Source: Eledone cirrhosa (taxonomy: Eukaryota). From it: a DNA stretch of 64,000 nucleotides. The stretch is from the NCBI GenBank assembly GCA_964016885.1, contig OZ024749.1, positions 29,512,001-29,576,000 of the forward strand, written 5' to 3'. The notes under the pieces were generated by a model. That model was not told the origin of the DNA. It worked only from the letters and a program-made list of their open reading frames with translations, and did no database searches. Made by a program: the position numbers and the translations under genes. This document shows, piece by piece, positions 41,488 through 56,810 of this stretch. Position 1 is the first letter of the stretch. Each line of letters starts with the position of its first letter.

Positions 41488-42152
41488 TGGCTTAGTGGTT
41501 AGAGCGTTGAGCTTGCAATCGTAAGGTTTTGAGTTCGATTCCCAGACTGGGTGATGCGTTGTACCCTTGAACAAGACACCTTATTTCACGTTGCTCCAGT
41601 TTACTCCTGCTGTAGAAAATGAATTGGGACGCCACTGGTGCCAAGCTGTTACGGCCATTGCGTTTCCCTTGGACAACATTATATATAGTGTATATATATA
41701 TATAATGTATACCTGTAGTGTATATATATAATGTATACCTGTAGTGTATATATATAGTGTTATATATATAGTGTACATATATAGTGTATATATATAGTAT
41801 ACCTAATTTTTGACAACTAAAAATTTGAAAAAAAATAACCTTCAGCCTCCAGGACGCATGGTAGATTTTTGAGACTTATTTCGACGCCGGGAAATACGGT
41901 ATATATAGTAAATATATATATAGTGTATAGAGAGAGTATATAGTGTATATACAGTGTATGTTGCGACGTCACTTGTGTGAAGCTGTATCAGCCATTGTCT
42001 TTCCATTGGTTGTGTGAAGAGGGAAGGCTGGTATGCATGGTCGACTGCTGGTCTTCCACAACCTTGCACCGACTTGTACCTTGGAGGAGAACTTTCTAGG
42101 AACAAACCCCATGGTTATTCGTGACCGAGGGAGGTCTTCACCGTTTACCCTT
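41488..42152 (+). mobile_element. tRNA-derived SINE interrupted by (TA)-rich sequence
   Basis: A box TGGCTTAGTGG and B box GAGTTCGATTCCC, then a CCTTGAACAAGACACCTTATTTCACGTTGCTCCAG core; the 3' part resumes at ~41960 and ends ...TTTACCCTT. Similar core at ~8910-9010 and 56820-56860. Confidence 0.75.
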
Positions 42153-42168
42153 TAAAGTGAAATACGGA

Positions 42169-43470
42169 TTATAGAAATGGTTTAGATTGAAGAAAGAATT
42201 ATAGAAATGGTTTAGATTGGATAAAGAATTATAGAAATGGTTTAGATTGGATAAAGAATTATTGAAATGGTTTAGATTGGAGAAAGAATTATAGAAATGG
42301 TTTAGATTGGATAAAGAATTATTGAAATGGTTTAGATTGGAGAAAGAATTATAGAAATGGTTTAGATTGAAGAAAGAATTATAGAAATGGTTTAGATTGG
42401 ATAAAGAATTATTGAAATGGTTTAGATTGGAGAAAGAATTATAGAAATGGTTTAGATTGGATAAAGAATTATTGAAATGGTTTAGATTGGAGAAAGAATT
42501 ATAGAAATGGTTTAGATTGAAGAAAGAATTATAGAAATGGTTTAGATTGGATAAAGAATTATTGAAATGGTTTAGATTGAAGAAAGAACTATAGAAATGG
42601 TAGAGATTGAAGAAAGAATTATAGAAATGGTTTAGATTGGATAAAGAATTATTGAAATGGTTTAGATTGAAGAAAGAACTATAGAAATGGTAGAGATTGA
42701 AGAAAGAATTATAGAAATGGTTTAGATTGGATAAAGAATTATTGAAATGGTTTAGATTGAAGAAAGAACTATAGAAATGGTAGAGATTGAAGAAAGAATT
42801 ATAGAAATGGTTTAGATTGGATAAAGAATTATTGAAATGGTTTAGATTGAAGAAAGAACTATAGAAATGGTAGAGATTGAAGAAAGAATTATAGAAATGG
42901 TTTAGATTGAAGAAAGAATTATAGAAATGGTTTAGATTGGAGAAAGAATTATAGAAATGGTTTAGATTGAAGAAAGAATTATAGAAATGGTTTAGATTGA
43001 AGAAAGAATTATAGAAATGGTTTAGATTGAAGAAAGAATTATAGAAATGGTTTAGATTGGAGAAAGAATTATAGAAATGGTAGAGATTGAAGAAAGAATT
43101 ATAGAAATGGTATAGATTGAAGAAAGAATTATAGAAATGGTTTAGATTGAAGAAAGAATTATAGAAATGGTTTAGATTGAAGAAAGAATTATAGAAATGG
43201 TTTAGATTGAAGAAAGAATTATAGAAATGGTTTAGATTGAAGAAAGAATTATAGAAATGGTTTAGATTGAAGAAAGAATTATAGAAATGGTTTAGATTGG
43301 AGAAAGAATTATAGAAATGGTTTAGATTGAAGAAAGAATTATAGAAATGGTTTAGATTGAAGAAAGAATTATAGAAATGGTTTAGATTGGAGAAATAATT
43401 ATAGAAATGGTAGAGATTGAAATAGGAACTATCGAAATGGTAGATATTGAAATAGGAATTATAGAAATAT
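42169..43470 (+). repeat. 30-bp minisatellite (TTTAGATTGAAGAAAGAATTATAGAAATGG), ~43 copies with local 90-bp higher-order repeats
   Basis: Directly visible periodicity. Confidence 0.97.
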
Positions 43471-43519
43471 TGAGGTTTATAAAAAGGAATATTTATATCT
43501 TCGTTTAATTTTATTGTTG

Positions 43520-44140
43520 ATACAATTATAAATTAGTTAAACATACAGAAAAAATAAAGCAATATTTGAAAGTACTATAAATGCTATAAATGATAGGAAT
43601 AGGAGGGGAAAAGCTAGGACTACTAGTTTAAACATACAGATAAAGAAAGCAATATTAGAAAGCACTATAAATGTCATAAATGAGAAGAAACGGAGGTGGA
43701 GAGAGCTACGACTATTAGTTTAAACATAGATAAAAAGAAAACAATATTAGAAAGTACTATAAATGCTATATATGAGAGGAAAAGGACAGGAAGGGCTAGG
43801 ACTATTAGTTTAAACATAGATAAAAAGAAAGCAATATTAGAAAGTACTATAAATACTATATATGAGAGGAAAAGGACAAGAAGGGCTAGGACTATTAGTT
43901 TAAACACAGATAAAAAGAAAGCAATATTAGAAAGTACTATAAATGCTATAAATGAGAGAAAAGGAGAGGAAGAAATAGGACTGCTAGTTAAACATACAGA
44001 TAAAGAAAGCAATATTAGAAAGTACTATAAATGGTATAAATGATAGGAAAGGAGAGCAAGAGCTAGGATACTAGTTTGAACATAGATATAAAAAAAAAAC
44101 AGTATTAGAAAGCACTATAAATGCTATAAATGAGAGGAAT
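43520..44140 (+). repeat. ~90-bp tandem repeat, ~7 copies
   Basis: ACTATTAGTTTAAAC at 43711, 43801 and 43891. Confidence 0.92.
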
Positions 44141-44384
44141 ATTTATATTATTTGGAATTGAATGATAATAAAAAAAAAATGAATAAATAAAAAAGATCAA
44201 CCCACCACCTAACCCCATCATACTATGATATGAGAAGAGCATTAAAAAATCATTTAAAATAATTTAAAATCATTTAAAGTCATTTTAAGTCATTTTAAGT
44301 CATTAAATCATAACGGTTATTTTTAAAATGGGGAAAAAAAATTAATTTGTGTTTTTTCACTCCTTCTCTGCTTCTCTCCTAATG

Positions 44385-44835
44385 TATGTATATACGTGTG
44401 TGTGTATATGTGTGTGTGTATGTATATATATGTGTGTGTATGTGTGTGTGAATGTATTATATACGTGTGTGTGTATGTGTGTGTGAATGTATTATATACG
44501 TGTGTGTGTGTATGTGTATGTGTGAATGTATTTATATATACATGTGTTTACGTGTGTGTGAATGTATTATATACGCGTGTGTGTATGTGTATGTGTGAAT
44601 GTATTTATATATATGTATGTGTACGTGTGTGTGAATGTATTATATACGTGTGTGTGTATGTGTATGTGTGAATGTATTTATATATATGTGTGTGTACGTG
44701 TGTGTGAATGTATTATATACGTGTGTGTGTATGTGTATGTGTGAATGTATTTATATATATCTGTGTGTACGTGTGTGTGAATGTATTATATACGTGTGTA
44801 TGTGTGAATGTATTTATATATATTTATATATGTAT
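44385..44835. repeat. (GT/AT)-based minisatellite with a ~73-bp higher-order unit
   Basis: GAATGTATTATATACG recurs regularly. Confidence 0.85.
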
Positions 44836-45496
44836 GTGGTATATAAATTTCCTCGTTCTTTTATCTTAACTTTAATACAAACAATAGCTTCATTTATTTA
44901 TTGACATCTTTCCAATGAACATCTCAAAATCTTCCTCCGTCATTCTTTTTACTTCATCAACAATTATCTCTTTTCTTCCACCCCTCTTCAGCTTTTCTAC
45001 GCCACTATAACTATTATTCTCTCTCTCTCTCTCTTTCGCTTTCTCTTTCCTGCCTCTCTCCCCCTCTCTCCATTCCCCACTTTCTCTCTCTCTCTTGTCT
45101 CTCTTTCTTCTCCCCTCTCTTATTAGTTTTTCTATGTTACTATAACTATATTTTCTTCTTCTCTTTCTCTCTCCCTTCTCTCTCCTTCCCCTCTCTCTCC
45201 CTCTATTTCTCCCTCACTCTTCATTCCCCTCTTCCTCTCTCCCTGTCTTTCCCTCTATTTCTCCCTCTCTCTCCTCCTCCCTCTCGCTCTCTTTTTCTTA
45301 TCTCCTGTATTGTCTTTTTATCTGTATGTCAGTCTGTCTGTCTTTTTTATTTTATCCATTCTTCCACACGCCACCCGCTCTCCCCACCCGTGTCTTTCTT
45401 TCTCTTTCTCTTATCTTTTTTTTTTATCTTATCTCCTCTGCAGTCTTTTTGTCGGTCTGTCTGTCTCTTTTTATCTTTTTGTTCATTCTTCCCACA

Positions 45497-45541
<45 letters not shown>

Positions 45542-45725
45542 CCGTTTCTCACTCTCTCACTGTATGTGTGTGGGTGAGAGAGCGAGAGAGAGAGAAAGAG
45601 AGAAAGAAAGAGAAAGTGAATGTGATTGTCTGTGCGTTTGTGTGTGTAGAGAGATAAAGATAGAGTGAGTGAGATAGATAGATAAATAGATAGATAGATA
45701 GATAGATAGATATATATATATATAG

Positions 45726-45756
<31 letters not shown>

Positions 45757-45775
45757 GATATATAGATAAATGTTC

Positions 45776-45892
45776 ATGGTTGCCTATTCAGATCACAAAT
45801 TAGTGACCTGCTTAGTCAACCTTGACAAAACCCATAGATAGGGACCCGGCTACTGGAAGCTGAACTTGTCGTTACCGACATGCAAAGCCTAC
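45776..45892 (+). pseudogene. Isolated Tx1 ORF2 endonuclease C-terminal fragment
   Basis: Translates VAYSDHKLVTCLVNLDKTHR*GPGYWKLNLSLPTCKAY, compared with VAYSDHKFVICMVDLDKTRRLGPGYWKLNMSFPARKAY in the 22.8-kb element. Confidence 0.85.
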
Positions 45893-45938
45893 ATAGATAG
45901 ATAGATAGATCGATAGAGATAGATAGATAGATAGATAG

Positions 45939-45971
<33 letters not shown>

Positions 45972-45972
45972 C

Positions 45973-46024
<52 letters not shown>

Positions 46025-46140
46025 CGAAGGAAATGTGGTAAGGAACCAGGTGGACCATAACGCACCAAAGTACTCAATACTGCGTCCAGAATTAGCCGTC
46101 GAAACGGCTTGAGCTCAGCCGTCGGGGTCCTACTCGTTCC

Positions 46141-46172
<32 letters not shown>

Positions 46173-47144
46173 TAGATAGAGAGAGAGAGAGGAGGATATA
46201 TATCAAGAATTATTTATAATTATAATCGTATTTATTAAGATATTTTTTATTGAAATACCTGTTTTGTCTTTTTTATGAATAATAAATAACGACGATGACG
46301 ATGATGATGATGATGATGATGATAATATTAATCATAACAACAACAATAATCATAATGACAACAACAACAAAAACCACACCTACAATAATAATAATAGTAA
46401 TAATAATAATAATGGTTTATTTATTTATTTATTTATTGTTTATTTATTTATAATGATAATAATAATTCGTTTCTGAATTTTGGATAATAATAATAATAAT
46501 TGTTTCTACTTTTGGCACAAGGCCAGCTATTACCCAGTGCATTACTGGTACTTTATTTTATCGACCCCTTAAGGATGAAAGGCAAAGTTAACCTCGGTGA
46601 GATTTGAACTCAGATCATAAAGGGCCGTAACTCTATGCGTCAAAGTATGGCGTCCGACCCTCTACCGATACTGCCAAATAATAATAATAATAATGATTTC
46701 ATTTATTGCCCACAAGGTCTGTAGTAGTAATAATAATAATAACAACAACAATAATGATGATAACAACAACACCACCAACAATAATAATAATAGTAACAAT
46801 AATAATTGTTTCTATTTTAGGCACAAGGCCAGCAATTACCCCAGTGCATTACTGGTACTTTATTTTATCGACCCCGTAAAGATGAAAGGCAAAGTCAACC
46901 TCGGCGGGATTTGAACTCAGATCGTAAAGGGACGTAACTATGCTGGAAAGCATGGCGTCCGACCCTCTACCGATACTGCCAATCCACCATAATAATAATA
47001 ACAATATATATTTTCGCCATTCACTTCCAGTTATCTCTTTTCATTGATAAAAATTAAGAAGAGAATTTACAAAAAATATAACAAAATAAATAACAAAAAT
47101 ATGATAAAAATACAAAAATAAAATAAAATAAATTTGAAATAAAA

Positions 47145-48300
47145 TAAAGATGAAATAAAGATGATATCAAGTTGATAAAAAGATGAAATATAGATGATAT
47201 AAAGATGATATAAAGATGATATAAAGATGGTATAAAGATGGTATAAAGATGGTATAAAGATGATATAAAGATGATATAAAGATGATATCAAGTTGATAAA
47301 AAGATGAAATATAGATGATATAAAGATGATATAAAGATGATATAAAGATGGTATAAAGATGGTATAAAGATGATATAAAGATGATATACAGATGATATCA
47401 AGTTGATAAAAAGATGAAATATAGATGATATAAAGATGATATAAAGATGATATAAAGTTGGTATAAAGATGGTATAAAGATGATATAAAGATGATATCAA
47501 GTTGATAAAAAAATGGAATATAGATTATATAAAGATGGTATAAAACTGATATAAAGATGAAATAATAATAATCTAATCTGATCGAGTTTACACTCGCAAA
47601 TAAGAATAACTAGCGCCTCCCCTAGGAGCATTGGATTTAGTGTACTTCATATTTGTTTCGGTTGCTGAATACAATCATGGGTCGCTGCTTCTCCTGAAGG
47701 TTAATAGTTCTCTTCTAACTCGAGCAGGAGCACCTTTCCATTGTCAATTTGTATTGATCATCTGCAAAGCCGCATTGTTCTCAGAACCACTACACCAGTC
47801 ATTCGATGCGTGCAGTTGGAACTACTGCCACCCATTGATTTGGCAGGATCTTTTTTTTTTAGATGGCCGTTGACTCTTATGAGTTCTTCCGCCCTTTGTC
47901 AGGTTTTGTTTTTTGTCCTACATGGTGTCAAAAATCACCCTCCTCACCAAGTAAACTTGGTGGGGTTGCCGGTTTAGTCGCCGGCGACCCCACCATGCGG
48001 CAGGTTGTACTGGGTTACATGTTATCAGTAGCACTCGAGTGTGACCTGATATAATGATATACAAATGATATAAAAATGATATAAAGATGATATAAAAATG
48101 ATATAAAGATGAAATAAAGACGACATAAAAATGATATAAAGATGATATAAAAATGATATCAAGTTGATAAAAAGATGAAATATAGATGATATAAAGATGA
48201 TATAAATATGATATAAAAATGATATAAAGCTGAAATATAGATGAAATAAAGATGATATAAAGATGTAAAAAAGATGAAATAAAGATGTGAAATTTAATAT
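47145..48300. repeat. 11-bp minisatellite (GATATAAAGAT) split by a ~480-bp insertion at ~47570-48050
   Basis: The same unit occurs on both sides of a GC-richer block. Confidence 0.88.
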
Positions 48301-49100
48301 GATGTGAAGAGATTTTGAAAAATATTTAAAATTTCTAAAATATTTCTATTTTTTCCCCAGGAATATTATTTCGGACGTCAGTTTACTGAAATAAAGAGAA
48401 ATAAGGGAAAATAAAAGGGACTAGATGGGACCTAGAAGAAAAAAAAAGGGGAGTTTAATAGACAATAATAATATTTCTTTAGAAAGAAACAAAATAAAAG
48501 AAAAAGTGGCACCATTCTTTTGAAGATTTGATTGTTTAGTACAACTATTCAGTACACACTCACACACCCACCCACCCATACACACACACATATATATATA
48601 TACACACATATATATATATAGCTATATGTACACACACACACACATATATACGCATACATATACATACACATATATATACATACATACATACATACATACA
48701 TACACACACATAAATATATATAGATACATATACATACACACACACATATTTATATACATACATATACATACACACACACATATATATACACATACACACG
48801 CATGCATATTTGTATATTTACACATACATGCACACACACGCACACACACACACACATATATATGTGCACACACACACACACATATATATACACACATACA
48901 TATGCATGCATACATACATACACACACGCACACATATATATATATACACATACATATACACATGTACATATATATATATACATACATATACATACATACA
49001 AACACACACATATATATATATATATATACATACATACACGCACACACACATATATACATACATACATGTATATTTATATACTTACATGCACATATACATG

Positions 49101-49199
<99 letters not shown>

Positions 49200-49945
49200 G
49201 CGTACACCTTACCCCCACCGCGTCACAGAATGTATAAAACACCATGAGTCAATATATGCTATTATTTTTAAAAACTGACAATCAACTCGTATATTCTCCA
49301 GGAATTAATCATTTTTTTCTTGTGAATCATATATTGATAATATTTGGAGGACAAAACAAGATTTTTCTGTTCCTTATGGGCAATTCCTTCCCTTAATTTT
49401 ATCTTTCTTTGAAGTTTTCGTCCGAATTAAATGGAAGCAGACGATCGAATTTTCATTATAAGCGATAATTGCTAAAAATGTCGCCATTTTGAGAGACAAT
49501 TTATTTTCCGTATTTTCTTTTGACTGACGACTCAACTGTTTCAATAAATAGAATTATCTTATCCTTCTTCCCCTGTTTTTGGATCCTGTACCGCCAACCA
49601 ACAACCAACCACACACACATACACACACACATGTATCATATGTAGATTCGTGGGTTGTGTTGGGGGGCTAACCACAGTTATAAAAGGTACTCTCAATACA
49701 TTGGTAGAGTATAGGCATTTGCTATTTTATATATATATATATTTCGTTTCTGAATTTGTTTAGCAAGATTCTTTATCTGAAAACGTGTGTTGAAACCGAT
49801 ATTGTTATACTTTGGGAGTGCGTGTGTTTCTTATTGGCAACATGAGCCTCCCATAGTATAACAATATATATATATATAACATTTTTAGTCCAGAATTAGC
49901 CGTCGAAACGGCTTGAGCTCAGCCGTCGGGGTCCTACTCGTTCCC

Positions 49946-50049
<104 letters not shown>

Positions 50050-50327
50050 CTGATACATATCAATCACTGATGAGTCGATAAAATATCGTTTCTTAAGCAC
50101 TCGACGTTATGCAACTCATCCATCTTCGTTTATGTTGAATCTTGTTGGTGGTGCGAATACGGAGTTAATTATTATTCAGTAAAATGACAGGAGGCTGAAC
50201 TGGTGAAATTCCACACAATCCAAGAGGCTAAAACTGGCCCTGACCGCCTTCGGGTCTTTCTCTCTACTTTTCAGCCTTTTGGATTGTATTTACCATAATT
50301 CCTATATTAGATAACTTTTATGCTATT

Positions 50328-50387
50328 AACACCTGATGATGCCACCAGGATCCTACGGAACCTGGTCATTGAAATGTGCATAGCGTT
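50328..50387 (+). ncRNA. Minimal type I hammerhead motif (family of 7471-7528)
   Basis: AACAC-CTGATGA-TG..ACCAGG/CCTGGT..CATT-GAAA-TGTGCA-TA^GCGTT, then AATAAA; partial inverted copy of the tail at 50165-50215. Confidence 0.6.
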
Positions 50388-50452
50388 TGTAATAAATCTT
50401 TGAAGGAATTTCAGCAGTCCAGCCTCCTGTCATTTTACTCAATAAGATAAAG

Positions 50453-51110
<658 letters not shown>

Positions 51111-51112
51111 TG

Positions 51113-51234
<122 letters not shown>

Positions 51235-51891
51235 CACATATATATATATACATACACACATATATATATATATATATACATACACATATATATATATATA
51301 TATATATATAAACGAAAGGTATAGAAAATATTGTAGCAAAAAGCCAACAGTATTCCATAATATATATATAAGTGACTATAGCATCAAAATGGGAAAAATA
51401 GTTAACGTAAGATGTGGGAAAAATAATTCAAACTCAACTCAAAAAGAATCAGGATATAGATTCATCCAACAGAATTTAGTGAAATCCAGGTAAAAATTAA
51501 TAGAGCCTTAACTCATGATAAAATAGTTTAAAATACCCATCCTTCAATTTGGAAAAACTAGAAATGCTCTGTATAGTCTTGAAGATAATTTCACGAAAAC
51601 TTTCAGTGGAGATGGTCACGGTTGGAATTCGATCCTCAGCAGAGCTCAACTCGATAGCCAAAATTTCTTACTGATTAATATGCCAAAAAGGGAATTAAAA
51701 GTAGGCTAGTTCACCATCATGCGTGATTATGAAAATAAAACTCACATGTGGAAAGACAGGGCTGGTGACGTCAGAATGAGACGAATGTTTGTTTACAAGA
51801 AACAACAGTCAAAAACATTCCGAAAAAACTCTACAATAAGGAGTTCAGCAAAAAGAAATATTATCGCGTTTTTTTTAATATATATATATAT

Positions 51892-52004
<113 letters not shown>

Positions 52005-52238
52005 AAAGTCCTGTAGGAGCGTTTGGATGTTGAACCCGATACGCTACAATTATGTTGATAGATTGATAACGTACTATTGATAGCGTACCAGTCTTCCAGG
52101 CCCCTTAGCTCCGCAAGAAGGCGTAGTGGCGCCGTAGTGGCGTACGGCGTTTCCAGGGACACTTTTTTAAAACCTGGCCGAGCCTATCTCCTCTCCAAAT
52201 CTGAACACAACATATTTCTTCCAGTGAGGGATAGAAAA

Positions 52239-52359
<121 letters not shown>

Positions 52360-52497
52360 TAGAGAGAAAGAGAAGCAACGCCAGTACGTGACTGGTACTT
52401 TTTTATCGACCTTAAATGGATGAAAGACAAAGGTGACCTCAGCAGGATTTAGATTGAAGGCGACGGTGAGAGAGTGAAGATGAGAGAGAGAGAGAGA

Positions 52498-52570
<73 letters not shown>

Positions 52571-52677
52571 GCAACGCCAGTACGTGACTGGTACTTTTTT
52601 ATCGACCTTAAATGGATGAAAGACAAAGGTGACCTCAGCAGGATTTAGATTGAAGGCGACGGTGAGAGAGTGAAGAT

Positions 52678-52744
<67 letters not shown>

Positions 52745-53099
52745 TGAGAGAGACAAAGTGAGAAAGAGATATAGAGGAAGAATCGTTAACTGTATCGACC
52801 TTAAATAGATGAAAAGCGAAGTTGACCTCAGCAGGGTTTGATCTCAGAGAACAGAGAGGCGGAAGAAATACCACAAGGTATACTGACGTTCTAGCTATTC
52901 TGACAAACCACTATAAATATAAAACAATAGAAAAATAAGAATAAAATTCCTTTTGTTCTCATGCTCTCCCCACCTACCAACCACTCTTTACTTCTATCCC
53001 CTCATCCCCCATGGTCACGTGGCTCCCTTATCAACCCCTCTTTGCCTCCATCCTCAAGTCCCATGTTTTATTCTCATGGCACCCCTCCCCCCATAGTAA

Positions 53100-54065
53100 C
53101 TCTCTTCACCATCACAACCACCACCACCACTACCACTACCACAACCACTCTCTTCATCCCCACCTCCTCATTTACCCTCATCTCCCATCATTTACCCCTC
53201 ACCCTCCAATAGCAACTCTCTTCACCTCCACCTCCACCTCCACCCTTATCTTCCATCCCTTACTCCAGTGGCACCGCCACAACCAACTCTCTTCACCACC
53301 ACCACTACCACCACCACCACTACCACCACCAGCACCGCCACCACCACCGCTACCAACTCTCTTCACCACCACCACCACCACCACCACCACCACCACCACT
53401 ACCACCACTACCACCAGAATCACCACCACTACCAACTCTCTTCACCACCACCACCACCGTCACCACTACCACCACCACCACTACCACCACCAACTCTTTC
53501 ACCACCACCACCACCACTACCACAACTATCACCTCCACCACTGTTACAACCACAACCACTACCACCACCACCACCACCGCCACCACTACCACCACCACCA
53601 CCACCACCACTACCACCGCCACCACTACCACCACCACCACCGCCACCACCACCACTATCACCACCACCACCACCACCACCACCGCCACCGCCGCCACCAC
53701 TACCACCACCACCACTACCACCACCAACTCTTTCACCACCACCACCACCACTACCACAACTATCACCTCCACCACTGTTACAACCACAACCACTACCACC
53801 ACCACCACCACCGCCACCACTACCACCACCACCACCACCACCACCACCACTACCACCGCCACCACTACCACCACCACCACCACCACTACCACCACCACCA
53901 CCGCCACCACCACCACTATCACCACCACCACCACCACCACCACCGCCACCGCCGCCACCACCACCACCACCACCACCACCACCGCCACCGCCACCACTAT
54001 CACCACCACTACCACCACCACCACCACTACAACCACAACCACCACCACCACCACCACCACCACCC
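53100..54065. repeat. (CAC)n-based trinucleotide array with a ~240-bp duplication
   Basis: Directly visible; the poly-H/P/T ORFs are artefacts. Confidence 0.95.
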
Positions 54066-54316
54066 ATCTGCCATCTTCCAATTATCTTCTTCAAACTCAG
54101 TCTCAGAGATATCTGCTATATATATATATAGAAGGAAATTGAAGTGTCTGCGCTGTAATTCGATCTTACAGTTGAGGCGTTCACTTGTGAAAGGAATTTA
54201 GGAAATTATCGAATTAGGGAAATTTCCTCTTTTTTTCGTTGTCTTTTAAAAAAAAACAGCAAAAAAAATGAAAATAAATGAATGAAATATTACAGATATA
54301 CCACAGCAATACCGCA

Positions 54317-56057
54317 GGTTGTTGTTGTAGTGGCGGTTGTTGTGGTGGTGGTGGTTGTAGTGGTGGTGGTTGTGGTTGTTGTTGTTGTTGTAGTGGTGGT
54401 TGTGGTTGTTGTTGTTGTAGTAGTGGTGGTTGTGGTTGTTGTTGTAGTAGTGGTGCTTGTGGTTGTTGTTGTTGTAGTGGTGGTTGTGGTTGTGGTTGTT
54501 GTTGTAGTGGTGGTTATGGTTGTTGTTGTTGTTGTAGTGGTGGTTGTAGTAGTGGTGGTTGTGGTAGTAGTTGTTGTTGTGGTGGTGGTTGTTGTGGCAG
54601 TGGTAGTGGTTGTTGTTGTTGTTGTTGTGGTGGTTGTTGTGGTGGTGGTTGTAGTGGTGGTTGTTGTTGTGGTGGTTGTTGTGGTAGTGGTTGTAGTAGT
54701 GGTGGTTGTGGTACTGGTTGTTGTTGTTGTTGTAGTGGTGGTTGTTGTGGTGGTGGTTGTTGTGGTGGTGGTTGTAGTAGTGGTGGTTGTGGTAGTGGTT
54801 GTTGTTGTGGTGGTGGTTGTTGTGGCAGTGGTAGTGGTTGTTGTTGTTGTTGTAGTGGTGGTTGTTGTGGTGGTGGTTGTAGTGGTGGTTGTTGTGGTGG
54901 TGGTTGTTGTGGTAGTGGTTGTAGTAGTGGTGGTTGTGGTAGTGGTTGTTGTATTGGTGGTTGTTGTGGTGGTGGTTGTAGTAGTGGTGGTTGTGGTAGT
55001 GGTTGTTGTTGTGGTGGTGGTTGTTGTGGCAGTGGTTGTTGTTGTTGTTGTTGTTGTAGTGGTGGTTGTTGTGGTGGTGGTTGTAGTAGTGGTGGTTGTG
55101 GTAGTGGTTGTTGTTGTGGTGGTGGTTGTTGTGGCAGTGGTAGTGGTTGTTGTTGTTGTTGTAGTGGTGGTTGTTGTGGTGGTGGTTGTAGTAGTGGTGG
55201 TTGTGGTAGTGGTTGTTGTTGTTGTTGTAGTGGTGATTGTTGCGGTGGTGGTTGTAGTAGTGGTGGTTGTGGCTGTGGTAGTGGTTGTTGTTGTTGTAGA
55301 GGTGGTTGTTGTGGTGGTGGTTGTAGTAGTGGTGGTTGTGGTTGTTGTGGTGGTTGTTTTTGTAGTGGTGGTTGTTGCAGTGGTGGTGGTTGCTGTAGTA
55401 GTGGTTGTTGTTTTTGTGGTTGTTGTTGCTGTTGTAGTGATGGTTGTTGTTGTTGTGGTGCTGGTTGTTGCTTTAGTAGTGGTGGTTGTAGTAGTGGTTG
55501 TTGTTGTTGTTTTAGTGGTGGTTGTGGTTGTTGTTGTTGTTGTAGTGGTGGTTGTTGTGGCAGTGGTAGTAGTTGTTGTTATTGTTGTGGTGTTTGTGGT
55601 TGTTGTGGTGGTGGTGGTGGTTGTTGTAGTAGTGGTTGTTGTTGTTGGTGTTTGTGGTTGTTGTGGTGGTGGTGGTGGTTGTTGTAGTAGTGGTTGTTGT
55701 TGTTGGTGTTTGTGGTTGTTGTGGTGGTGGTGGTGGTTGTTGTAGTAGTGGTTGTTGTTGTGATGGTAGCTACTGTTGTTGTTATGGTGCTGGTTGTTAT
55801 TGTTGTAGTTGCACTGGTTGTTGTTGTTGTTGCTGTTGTTGTGGTTGTTGTAGTGGTTGTTGTAGTAGTTGCTGTTGCTGTTGTTGTTGTCGTGGTTGCT
55901 GCTGTTGTGGTGGTGGTTGTTGTAGTGGTTGCTGTTGCTGATGCTGTTGTTTTGGTTGTTTAGGTAGTAGTAGTAGTAGTAGTAATAGTAGTAGTAGTAG
56001 TACTAGTAGTAGTAGTAGTAATAGTAGTAGTAGTAGTAGTAGTACTACTACTAGTAC

Positions 56058-56089
<32 letters not shown>

Positions 56090-56810
56090 ATAGTAGTAAT
56101 TGTGACTGAAGAAGTAGTAGTAGTAGTAGTATTAGTAGTTGCGACTGTAGTAGTAGTCGCTGTTGTTGTTGTTGTTATTGTTGTTGTTGCTGTTGTTGTT
56201 GTTCTTCAATCTCCGCTGGCCTCTCATGCCCCTCCCCCTCACTTCCTACCACTCCCCAATCTCTATTCCCCCCCAACTTCAATATGTTCTTCTTCTTAAC
56301 AAGTCACAGATGTTGCCGCCCGTAACTGAATTATGGAGTTTTGGTTTAAAATACTAAAATGTTGAAGTTATGGCCACCAACACAGCACATTGCTGCTGCT
56401 GCTGCTGCTGCTTCTTCTTCTTCTTCTTCTTCTTCTTCTTCTTCTTCTTCTTCTTCTTCTTCTTCTTCTTCTCCTCCTCCTCCTCCTCCTTCTTCTTCGT
56501 CTTCTTCTTCTCCTCCTCCTCCTCCTCCTCCTCCTCCTCCTCCTCCTCATCCTCCTCCTTCTTCTTCTTCTTCTCCTCCACCCCCCTCCTCATCCTCCTC
56601 CTCCCCCTTCTTCTTCTTCTTCTTCTTCTTCTTCTTCTTCTCCTCCTCCTCCTCCTCCTCCTCCTCCTCCTCCTCCTCCTCCTCCTCCTCCTCCTCCTCC
56701 TCCTCCTCCTCCTCCTTCTTCTTCTTCTTCTTCTTCTTCTTCTTCTTCTTCTTCTTCTTCTTCTTCTTCTTCTTCTTCTTCTTCTTCTTCTTCTTCTTCT
56801 TCTTCTTCTT
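54317..56810. repeat. Consecutive (GTG/GTT/GTA)n, (TAG)n and (CTG)(CTT)(CCT)n trinucleotide arrays
   Basis: Directly visible. Confidence 0.95.

Noticed and set aside
41488-41560. Possible tRNA gene
   Set aside because: A and B boxes are present but there is no proper acceptor stem, and the sequence runs into a SINE core.
43674-44043. ORFs on both strands with 30-aa repeats
   Set aside because: A consequence of the 90-bp tandem unit; flanking units contain stops and frameshifts.
44899-45213. Stop-free minus-strand frame ending ...EIIVDEVKRMTEEDFEMFIGKMSINK*
   Set aside because: Mostly purine-rich low complexity, with no acceptor site or recognisable homology.
50065-50110. CTGATGA-GTCGA...TCGAC-GTTA
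   Set aside because: Stem II is present but the GAAA core is replaced by GTTA; at best a dead remnant.
53011-54201. His-rich and Pro-rich (extensin- or formin-like) ORFs
   Set aside because: (CAC)n array open in several frames on both strands.
54278-55941. Cys/Gly-rich 469-aa ORF resembling a keratin-associated protein or metallothionein
   Set aside because: Several frames of a GTG/GTT/GTA trinucleotide array are open (poly-Val in the next frame); no signal peptide or splice support.
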